The notes beneath the pieces were generated by a model, which made no database searches, had not been told where the DNA came from, and saw nothing but the letters and a program-made list of their open reading frames with translations. A DNA stretch of 64,000 nucleotides, from NCBI GenBank assembly GCA_050250895.1, contig JBFWNU010000003.1:682109-746108 (forward strand), written 5' to 3'. The position numbers were made by a program, and so were the translations under genes. Below are positions 55,091 through 62,695 of this stretch, piece after piece (positions within the stretch are counted from its first letter, which is position 1; each line of letters opens with the position of its first letter). The stretch comes from Vulcanimicrobiota bacterium (lineage in GTDB: Bacteria; Vulcanimicrobiota; Xenobia; Xenobiales; JADMJV01).

Positions 55091-57406
55091 GTGGGAAGCT
55101 TCCAGGCCGGAGACAAGGCTGAGGAGTTGCTGGCGGGTCACCCCGACGGCATCATTGTCCTGCAAGACAAACGCGTGCTTTACGCCAACCGGGCGGTCGA
55201 CGGACTGTTGATGCAGCCGGTGGAAGAGATCGATCTGGCTTTGCTTTCCCTCGACAGCCGCCCCGACCAGATCGACTTTCCGGTCGGCAAGCAGGGCGCG
55301 GTATCGCTGGAGTTGCGCTGGGAGACCTTCGATTGGGACGGCCGCCCCGCCGATGTGTTGTTTTTACGCCGGCCGTCGGGCATGCCGATCCTCCACTCCG
55401 AGATTCTGGCCGACTACGAGCGCCGCGCCGGACGGGCCGAAGAGCGGGCTCGCGTGGCCGACGAGCGCTTCCGCAGCATTTTCGAGAAGTCAGGCAAGGC
55501 GGCCGAGAAAGTAGAAGCTGCCGAAGCTCGGGCGGCCCGTTCAGAAGAGGCTTCGGCCGAGGCCGAGAGGCGCTTGCTTGAAGCTCTCGAGCGGGCCGAG
55601 GGGGCCGAGTTACAAGCGCGCAGGGCCGAAGAACGTACGCATCAGGCCAACCTGCGCTTTCGCAGAATCTACGAGATGTCCGGGGTCGAGGAACTCGAGC
55701 GCAGGGCTGAAGAGGCCGAAACACGGGCCGAAGAGGCCCAGGAACTGCTACGCGAGGTCGAAGAGATCAAGTCGATGGCCGAAGAGCAGGCTCGCTGGGC
55801 CGAGGAGCGGGCTCGTTTGGCCGACGAGAGGGTTGAGGAAGCAGACGAGCGTCTGCGGGTCCTGTATGAAGATTCCGGCGCGGATTCCGAATTGCTGCAA
55901 GAGTTGGAAGAGATCAACCATCGGCTGGTGCAAGAGATGCGCGGAGTCAAGCTCGAACTCGAAGAGTTGCGCCAGAAGGAGAAACGCCTGAGGATGGTGG
56001 CCGAGGCCGGACGGTTCACCATTTCAAAGCTCGAAAAGCAACTGGTCATCCAGCGCGAAAAGTTACAGCGGACCGAACTCACGATGCGCGATGCCGTCGA
56101 CCGGGCCCGCATTCTCGAACGGCGACTCGAGCCGGAAAGTCAGCTCGAGCGATTGGCCTTCGAAGACCCCCTGACCGGGCTGCCAGATTTCACCATCTTC
56201 ACCCGCTTGCTCGAGACGGCCATTGGCGCAGCCAAGGACGGCACGGTGCTGATGACGGTCGACCTGGACCGATTTCGCGTGGTCAACGATACTCTGGGTT
56301 CACGCACCGGCGACCGGGTTTTGACCGAGGTGGCTTCCCGACTGCGTCTACTGGCTCGCGATAGCGATCTACTGGGTCGACGTCGCGAGGACCAGTTCTT
56401 GTTGGCGGTGTTGGGCGACGAGGCGCACGGTCATGCCTCGGTGGTGGCTGAATCGGTCCTCGAGGCATTGCGCCGTCCCTTCGAGATCGACGGTCAGGTG
56501 GTCAAGTTGTCGGCCAGTCTGGGTCTGGCTGACGCCGGTCAGTCGGCCGAGGAATACCTCAGTCGGGCTGAGCTGGCTCTGGCCCAGGCCAAAGAGAACG
56601 GCCGCGACCGGCTGGAGCGATTCTCGGCCGAAACCGAGCAGCGCCGCTCGGGCCGGGCCGAACTCGAAGGCGAGCTGGTCGCCGCTCTCGCCGAGTCGCA
56701 GCTGGCCCTCTACTACCAACCCATCTACGAAATCGAGCAAGAACGGCTGATCGGCCTGGAAGCGCTCTTGCGCTGGCGCCATCCGACCCGCGGTCTGCTC
56801 ACGCCGGATCGGTTTCTCGAGGTAGCCCTCAAGGTGGGCTTGATCGTGCCCATCGGCGAGTGGGTCTTGACCGAGGCTTGCCGGCAGGCGGGCGATCTGC
56901 CGGGCGACATCTACGTTTCGGTCAATGTCTCGCCCCACCAGGTCATTCAGGCCGAGTTTGCCCAGCAGGTGCTCGAGGCGGTCGAGATGACCGCCATTCC
57001 ACCATCGAAGCTGGTGGTCGAAGTGCCCGAGGGGGTGCATGCGCTGGCCCCCGACCATGCTGCCCAGGTGGTGCAGAGACTAGCCGAGGGCGGAGTGGGC
57101 TTGGGGATCGACGACTTTGGCAGCGGCTACACCTCGCTCAAGCAGCTCGAGCCCGAGCGATTGCGTTTTCTCAAGCTGGATCGCACCCTGGTGATGGGGC
57201 TTCCCGACGATCCTCACTGCGTGGCCATGAGTCGGGCCGTCCTAGGTCTGGCTCAGAGTTTGGGGGTCGATGCCCTGGCGGAGGGCGTCGAGACGCAACA
57301 ACAGCTAGACTTTGTTCGGGAACTGGGTTGCCGTTTGGTGCAGGGATACTGGTTTAGCCCCCCGGTGCCGGATAGCGATGTCGCGGCCCTGGTAGAACAA
57401 GAGTAA
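55091..57406 (+). CDS. PAS-like/coiled-coil/degenerate GGDEF/EAL protein (probable c-di-GMP phosphodiesterase)
   Basis: DPLTGLP, DLDRFRVVND, REDQF in place of GGDEF; EALLRW, DDFGSG, KLDR, EGVE. Confidence 0.92.
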   Translation: MGSFQAGDKAEELLAGHPDGIIVLQDKRVLYANRAVDGLLMQPVEEIDLALLSLDSRPDQIDFPVGKQGAVSLELRWETFDWDGRPADVLFLRRPSGMPILHSEILADYERRAGRAEERARVADERFRSIFEKSGKAAEKVEAAEARAARSEEASAEAERRLLEALERAEGAELQARRAEERTHQANLRFRRIYEMSGVEELERRAEEAETRAEEAQELLREVEEIKSMAEEQARWAEERARLADERVEEADERLRVLYEDSGADSELLQELEEINHRLVQEMRGVKLELEELRQKEKRLRMVAEAGRFTISKLEKQLVIQREKLQRTELTMRDAVDRARILERRLEPESQLERLAFEDPLTGLPDFTIFTRLLETAIGAAKDGTVLMTVDLDRFRVVNDTLGSRTGDRVLTEVASRLRLLARDSDLLGRRREDQFLLAVLGDEAHGHASVVAESVLEALRRPFEIDGQVVKLSASLGLADAGQSAEEYLSRAELALAQAKENGRDRLERFSAETEQRRSGRAELEGELVAALAESQLALYYQPIYEIEQERLIGLEALLRWRHPTRGLLTPDRFLEVALKVGLIVPIGEWVLTEACRQAGDLPGDIYVSVNVSPHQVIQAEFAQQVLEAVEMTAIPPSKLVVEVPEGVHALAPDHAAQVVQRLAEGGVGLGIDDFGSGYTSLKQLEPERLRFLKLDRTLVMGLPDDPHCVAMSRAVLGLAQSLGVDALAEGVETQQQLDFVRELGCRLVQGYWFSPPVPDSDVAALVEQE

Positions 57407-57428
57407 ACCCCGGTGGGGGCCGGGGTTT
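57405..57428 (+). terminator. Hairpin, possible terminator
   Basis: AAACCCCGG-tggggg-CCGGGGTTT at the stop codon; short U tract. Confidence 0.55.
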
Positions 57429-57495
57429 GGGGGATTGGGTGTCTTTGGGAGTATCCGTTGTAGGTATACAATAGCCTGTGCGGAACAGGTAATCT

Positions 57496-59022
57496 GTGAA
57501 CTGGTTCACAATCCGACCGCTCGTTTTGGCTGCTGTCCTCGCTCTCACGGGTTGCCACTCGCCTTCCGGTGAGTTGCTCGAGGGGGGCCGAACGCCGGGT
57601 GCTACCTCGACGGTCGCTGTCCGGGCGTCCCTGCTGGTGAGTGCCGAACTCCAGCAAAAGCCCGAACGGAACAGCCCCGAGTTGACGCTGGCTCTCGACT
57701 TTCGCCAGCGGGCTCCAGAGCGCAAGCTGCGGGTTCGATGGAAGGGCCCGCAAGGGCTCGAGTCAGACGACACCAAGCCGCTCGAACACCGGCGCCTCAA
57801 CCTGAGCGTGCGCAAGCCACCCAGTGGCTGGCCGGCCGGCGACTATACCATCGAGATTTTTCTGGACGGCGATTCGCTGAAGGTCATCGATTTCGAGATC
57901 GAGGCTGACCCCAACAGCACGGTGGCCCGACTGGCCAAAGAGGTCACCGCCAACAGCACCGATGACCAGGCTAAGGTCGAGGCGATCTTTGGCTGGGTGG
58001 CTCGCAACATCGACTACGATGCCGCCGCCTTTGTGTCGGGAGACTACGGTGACTGCTCGGCCGAAGCGGTGCTCGCGCGGCGCACCGGAGTCTGCTCGGG
58101 CTATGCCAACCTCTTTTACGCCATGGCCCAAACCGTGGGTCTAGAAGTGGAGGTTATCCCCGGTTACGCGCGCGGCTACGGATTGGGCGAGGTCGATCTG
58201 GACGCTCCGGCCAACCACGCCTGGAACGCTGTCAAGCTGGGCGGGCAGTGGCGGCTGCTCGATTGCACCTGGGGAGCCGGCTTTCTTGATGAGCGCCAGG
58301 CTTTCATACGCCGCTACGAAGAGTTCTGGCTGTTCACTCCACCGGGCCAGTTCGCCCGCTCGCACCTGCCCGACGAGCCCCGCTGGCAGTTGCTAGACAA
58401 GCCCATTTCTCGGCAGGCTTTCATGGACGGGGCCCAGGTGTTGCCCGCCTTCTTCAAATACGGTCTCGACCTGGGCACTCACGACCAATACCAGCTTGCC
58501 TCCGGTTCGCCGCTGGTGCTCGACATCGGTTGCCCCGAGGATGTTCACCTGTCGGCCCAGCTCGAGGGGGTCGAGGGGCGCAATGTCCTGGTCGAGTCCC
58601 GCCCGGGTGGCCAGCACATCGAGGTCCTCTTTCCCCGCCCCGGCGACTACACTCTGCGGATCTTCGCCGGACCGCAATCCCAGACGAAGTTAGCCCAGGC
58701 GGTCACCTATCAGGTTCGGGCCAGCCAGGGTGACGATCGCCAGTTTCCCGAGTTTTACGCCGACTACGTCAAGCAAGGCGCTCGCCTCTCCTCACCCCGA
58801 GCCTTCCGGCTCTTCGAGGGCCATCCTCAGGAGTTTCGTCTCTCCGCCCCCGGAGCCCAGGAGGTGGTGCTGGTGGGGGACGACGGTCAACCCCGGCCTC
58901 TGAGCCAGCGCGGCCAGGAGTTCACCCTCGATATCACGCCGCCACGCGGCAAACTGACGATCTACGCCCGCTACGGCGAGGACCGCCGTATGAGCGGCCT
59001 GGTCAGCTTCGAGGTAAAATAG
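57496..59022 (+). CDS. Lipoprotein with kyphoscoliosis-peptidase/Cyk3-type transglutaminase-like domain
   Basis: Lipobox LTGC; GVCSGYA, HAWNAV, LLDCTWGAG, SHLP...WQLL. Confidence 0.85.
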   Translation: MNWFTIRPLVLAAVLALTGCHSPSGELLEGGRTPGATSTVAVRASLLVSAELQQKPERNSPELTLALDFRQRAPERKLRVRWKGPQGLESDDTKPLEHRRLNLSVRKPPSGWPAGDYTIEIFLDGDSLKVIDFEIEADPNSTVARLAKEVTANSTDDQAKVEAIFGWVARNIDYDAAAFVSGDYGDCSAEAVLARRTGVCSGYANLFYAMAQTVGLEVEVIPGYARGYGLGEVDLDAPANHAWNAVKLGGQWRLLDCTWGAGFLDERQAFIRRYEEFWLFTPPGQFARSHLPDEPRWQLLDKPISRQAFMDGAQVLPAFFKYGLDLGTHDQYQLASGSPLVLDIGCPEDVHLSAQLEGVEGRNVLVESRPGGQHIEVLFPRPGDYTLRIFAGPQSQTKLAQAVTYQVRASQGDDRQFPEFYADYVKQGARLSSPRAFRLFEGHPQEFRLSAPGAQEVVLVGDDGQPRPLSQRGQEFTLDITPPRGKLTIYARYGEDRRMSGLVSFEVK

Positions 59023-59046
59023 GGAGAGCGGCTTGCGCCGCTCTGT

Positions 59047-59428
59047 TGGTGGAGGTGGCGGGAATCGAACCCGCGTCCGAAAAGGACTTCCATAAGACTC
59101 TACGAGTGTATCTCAGGTTTTATTGTCGAGTCGGCGGCTCGCCTGAGCGCGATCCGGACGACTCCATCCCTCTAGAGTCCCTGCCGGCACGAGGGAGGAT
59201 GCCGGCAAGCTAGCCTCTATTGTTGAGCCTATCCCGCGCCTAGAGGCGCAGAGCGGGTAGACAGGCGGTTAGTTAGGCCGCCAAGGCGAGGGCGCGCTGG
59301 GGAGCGCGGCCTCTGAACTGAACGACGTTATCGTTGGCAGTTACGTTTAGGTTCCGTTGTTTTACGAGCACCGGAGCTCGACTCGCATCCTATGGTCAGT
59401 CTGCTTCCCGTCGAAACCAGTCACCCCC
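59047..59428 (-). ncRNA. ssrA: tmRNA; tag reading frame ANDNVVQFRGRAPQRALALAA* (59338-59273)
   Basis: 5' GGGGGTGACTGGTTTCGAC; 3' GGTTCGATTCCCGCCACCTCCACCA; G-U pair in acceptor stem; TAACTGCC resume context. Confidence 0.97.
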
Positions 59429-59447
59429 GTGTTAGATTTACGTCCTA

Positions 59448-59476
59448 ATATTAGCACGTCTGGTCAAGGCCGTCTA
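59448..59476 (-). promoter_or_regulatory. ssrA promoter TAGACG-17-TAATAT (extended -10 TGc)
   Basis: Seen directly upstream of the tmRNA 5' end. Confidence 0.6.
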
Positions 59477-59517
59477 TTTGCGCCGTGTGAGCGATTCGTT
59501 AGCGTTGCGAGGAGATT

Positions 59518-59546
59518 TTGACCATGGTTAGAGACCATGGTATGGT
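59518..59546 (+). promoter_or_regulatory. TA operon promoter TTGACC-17-TATGGT overlapped by two ACCATGGT palindromes (operator)
   Basis: ACCATGGT at 59521-59528 and 59534-59541; ATG 6 nt after the -10. Confidence 0.8.
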
Positions 59547-59552
59547 TGAAGA

Positions 59553-59801
59553 ATGAGTGAGCAAAAAGAGACGGTGGCGATTTCCAAATTCAAGGCGACC
59601 TGTCTGGAACTCTTGAAGAAGGTCAGGCAGACGGGCCAGCCTATCGTGGTTACTCGCCGGGGCGTGGCGATAGCTGAAATCATTCCGCCGACTCCCGAAA
59701 CCTCGACCGGGTGGCTCGGAGCCCTGGCCGACCGTGGTCGGATCGTTGGCGACATCGTAGCTCCGGTCGACGCGGAGGAGTGGGAAGTCCTCCAGCCCTG
59801 A
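59553..59801 (+). CDS. Phd/YefM family antitoxin
   Basis: ISKFKATCLELLKKV...PIVVTRRGVAIAEI. Confidence 0.92.
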   Translation: MSEQKETVAISKFKATCLELLKKVRQTGQPIVVTRRGVAIAEIIPPTPETSTGWLGALADRGRIVGDIVAPVDAEEWEVLQP

Positions 59802-60193
59802 AGCTGCTCCTCGATACGCACGTTCTCCTCTGGTCACTGCTAGAACCAGACCGGATTTCCCAGAACGTAAGAAGCCTGATGGAGGCGCCCGACGGCGAGA
59901 TCTGGCTTTCTCCGATAACAACCTGGGAGTGCCTGCTCCTGGCCGAAAAAGGACGGGTCGAACTCATCCCGGACGGTCGGGCCTGGATGCGTGACGCCTT
60001 GCGAATTACAGGAGCGAGGGAGGCGCCTCTCGGTCACGAGGTGGCTATCTTGAGCCGAACCATCGGGCTCACTCACCAGGACCCAGCCGATCGCTTCCTG
60101 GCCGCCACGGCAGCGGTCTACGACCTTACCCTGGTTACGGCCGACGAGCGTCTTCTGAAGGGGAGCGGTTTCTCCGCGATCGATTGCCGCTGA
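59798..60193 (+). CDS. vapC: VapC PIN-domain toxin (probable CTG start)
   Basis: KLLLDTHVLLW, SPITTWE, HQDPADRFL, LVTAD. Confidence 0.9.
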   Translation: MKLLLDTHVLLWSLLEPDRISQNVRSLMEAPDGEIWLSPITTWECLLLAEKGRVELIPDGRAWMRDALRITGAREAPLGHEVAILSRTIGLTHQDPADRFLAATAAVYDLTLVTADERLLKGSGFSAIDCR

Positions 60194-60384
60194 ACCTGCG
60201 TGGCAGCTCCAGGTGCCAGCCACGATAAGCAGCCGGAGGCATTCTTCCGCTCTCGAGTTCCTCCACGATCTGCTGGCTGAGGATAGGGACCGGGTATAGT
60301 CCGCCCACCCGCCCTGACGCCCTTTCTTTCTTGCCTCCATTCACGGTTTGCCCCCTGCCCCGGCAGACGCTATACTGGGTAGCA

Positions 60385-60750
60385 ATGATACGATCGACCC
60401 GCCAGCGAAGTGCCATTCGCGAGGCCATCAAAGCAGCCGGAAGGCCACTTTGTACCGACGAGATTTTACAACTGGCTCGCCAGGAAGTGCCCAATCTGGG
60501 TATCGCCACCGTCTATCGCGCCGTCAAGGCCCTGCTCGATGAACGCTGGCTTCACGCCGTGGAGTTGCCGGGCCAGACTACGCTCTACGAGCGCGCTGGA
60601 CTGGGGCATCACCATCACTTTCACTGCCGCCAGTGCGGCAAGGTCTACGACATCGACGGCTGTCCTGGCAATCTGGGGCGTCTGGTCCCAGAGGGATTTC
60701 AGCTTGAAGACCATGATCTGACCCTGTACGGTCGCTGTGACGCTTGCTAG
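60385..60750 (+). CDS. Fur family transcriptional regulator
   Basis: TRQRSAI, ATVYR, HHHHFHCRQC, GRCDAC; TTGCCC-17-TATACT just upstream. Confidence 0.92.
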   Translation: MIRSTRQRSAIREAIKAAGRPLCTDEILQLARQEVPNLGIATVYRAVKALLDERWLHAVELPGQTTLYERAGLGHHHHFHCRQCGKVYDIDGCPGNLGRLVPEGFQLEDHDLTLYGRCDAC

Positions 60751-60820
60751 ACGATCGCAAGGTGACTAGGGTTCGAATCGCCAGTCTCTAGCGGCGTCGT
60801 CGACCGAGGACAGGCCGATT

Positions 60821-61372
60821 TCAAAGGCTCTCGAGCCCTTCGCGGGCCTGGGTGAGGAAGGTCTCTATCTGTTCTAGCAGGCGCTCGGCCAAATGGCATT
60901 CGCCGCGCGCGATGAGGGCGACCACCTCGAGACCCAGGCCCAGGGCGTCGGCGCCGGAGTTGACGGCTTGCAGGAAGACTTCGACCACCTCTTCGTCGCT
61001 TTCGTCTTCAGCCACTACCGAGCCGGGACTCCAGTCGGCCAGCTGGCTGGCCAACCAGGCTTCGGCTCCGTTGAGGCGGGCCTGGCGTTCGGCCGGGTCG
61101 AGGCGGGGATAGTCGGCTAGAAGCGTGCGTAGGTAGGTTACGAAAGGCGGGCGGTGGACGCCTTGCAGGCGACCGAGAGCGCGCTCGATGGCCCGGGCCC
61201 GAATCTCGGAGTATTCGAACTCGTCGTCTTCGTCCTCTTCAAACTCGTCGGGTTCAGGCTCGGTGGCGGTGACTTCGCCCTCGGTCTGGGGCAGGTCACC
61301 TTCGAACCGGTCGTCTCGACGGGCCTGCCCCTCCTCGTCCTTCCACTCGAGCTTGAGGTCGACCTCGCTCAC
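60821..61372 (-). CDS. Acidic hypothetical protein
   Basis: GTG start overlapping the TGA of the upstream phosphatase gene (GTGA). Confidence 0.65.
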   Translation of the reverse strand: MSEVDLKLEWKDEEGQARRDDRFEGDLPQTEGEVTATEPEPDEFEEDEDDEFEYSEIRARAIERALGRLQGVHRPPFVTYLRTLLADYPRLDPAERQARLNGAEAWLASQLADWSPGSVVAEDESDEEVVEVFLQAVNSGADALGLGLEVVALIARGECHLAERLLEQIETFLTQAREGLESL

Positions 61373-62661
61373 TGAGCCGCGCGCAGGCCTTCCAGAGTGC
61401 GGTCGATGCGCGGATGGGCTTCTTTCCACTCGGAGTAGGACTGGTTGAAGTCAGGCGCCTGGTCGCGGGCGTAGGCCTCGAAAGAGACCAGGGTATGATA
61501 GCGCTCCAGATAGTCTTGGGCGCGCTGGTTGGCGGCCTGGCGCTCTTCAGGGGACCTGGCCGCGCTAGCCTCGCGGCGGGCTTTGCCCACGGCGCCCTTG
61601 AGGTCGGCCACGTCGCCATATTTCTTGACCACTTCGTCGACGTCTTTCTCGCCGCGGACGACGTTCTGGACGTCTTTGATGGTGTTCAAGATGGTGCGGT
61701 AGAAGCTGGGATTGTGTTTACCCTGCTCTTTGATGTCTTCACGCACGGTCTCGTCTTTGAGCAACTTGCCCTCTTCGCCGTTCTTGGCCCGGCGCATCAG
61801 GCTCGACAACACCATGGCCGTGGTGGTGCGTCCCTGGCCGGCGTGGCAGTTGAAGATCAGGGGCGCGTCGGGGTCGACGTCCTTGAGAGCTTTCACCAGT
61901 TCGTCGATGTCGCCGTCTTCGGGCTTTTTCATGTCGGTCACGGGCACCCGCTGGTATTTGACCTTGTAGCCTTCGGACTGGAGTTGTTCGTAGGCTTCGC
62001 CCACGGTCTGGACCGACTCGATCTTGACCTTGCGCTCGACCACTTTAGGCGGGCTGCCTTCTTCACCGTGCAACGTGATGAAGCCACCGTTCTTGGCCGC
62101 CTCGTCGAGGATGTCTTGCTTGAGTTGCTTTTCGAGGGCGTCCACCTCTTGAGCGCTGCGGCCCGGCGAGGCCTGGTTGTAGAAGGGAGCCTTGACGTGG
62201 CGCAGGTTGAAGGACTGGCCGTTGATGTAGACCACGGGTTCTTCGCGCAGGTTGGTCCAGACGGCGGTCTTGTCGCCGTCGGGGCCGGCTCCGGCTTGCT
62301 TGAGCACGTCGCGCATGCCTTGCAGGCTGGGTTGGCCGGTGCCGTGGATATTCTCGCCCAGTTCGCGATAGTTGGGAGCCCCTTCGATCCTGGGCTGACC
62401 GTTTTCTTGCAACCGATCGTGGTGCAGTCCGGGAAAGTGGTCGGCCTTGAGAAAGTTGTCGGGGCCCAGCACCTTGCCGTCGCGGCCTTCGACCGGGGTC
62501 ACGGCCGGGGCGTGGCTGGGAGCTGGAGCGGTCGAGAGCACGCGAACCAGCTTTTGCATCTGCCCCTGCCAGAGGGCGGGGGTCAGCTCGCGAGGGGCGT
62601 CGGCGCGCTGTTCGCGCGGCTTATAGATGAGAAAATTCTGGTTGGCTCCGGTAACTTCCAT
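61369..62661 (-). CDS. Paladin-like PTP-like phytase/inositol-phosphate phosphatase, single domain
   Basis: LKADHFPG, GAPNYR, WTNLREEPVVYING, YQRVPVTD, CX5R loop CHAGQGRTT, YLERY. Confidence 0.88.
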   Translation of the reverse strand: MEVTGANQNFLIYKPREQRADAPRELTPALWQGQMQKLVRVLSTAPAPSHAPAVTPVEGRDGKVLGPDNFLKADHFPGLHHDRLQENGQPRIEGAPNYRELGENIHGTGQPSLQGMRDVLKQAGAGPDGDKTAVWTNLREEPVVYINGQSFNLRHVKAPFYNQASPGRSAQEVDALEKQLKQDILDEAAKNGGFITLHGEEGSPPKVVERKVKIESVQTVGEAYEQLQSEGYKVKYQRVPVTDMKKPEDGDIDELVKALKDVDPDAPLIFNCHAGQGRTTTAMVLSSLMRRAKNGEEGKLLKDETVREDIKEQGKHNPSFYRTILNTIKDVQNVVRGEKDVDEVVKKYGDVADLKGAVGKARREASAARSPEERQAANQRAQDYLERYHTLVSFEAYARDQAPDFNQSYSEWKEAHPRIDRTLEGLRAAQ

Positions 62662-62695
62662 AGGCAAGTATTCTACCGCAGGGTAGGGGTGAAGT

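Noticed and set aside
59023-60193. Integrative element at ssrA carrying the TA pair
   Set aside because: No integrase and no duplicated tmRNA 3' end seen in the window; the TA pair lies on the 5' side of ssrA
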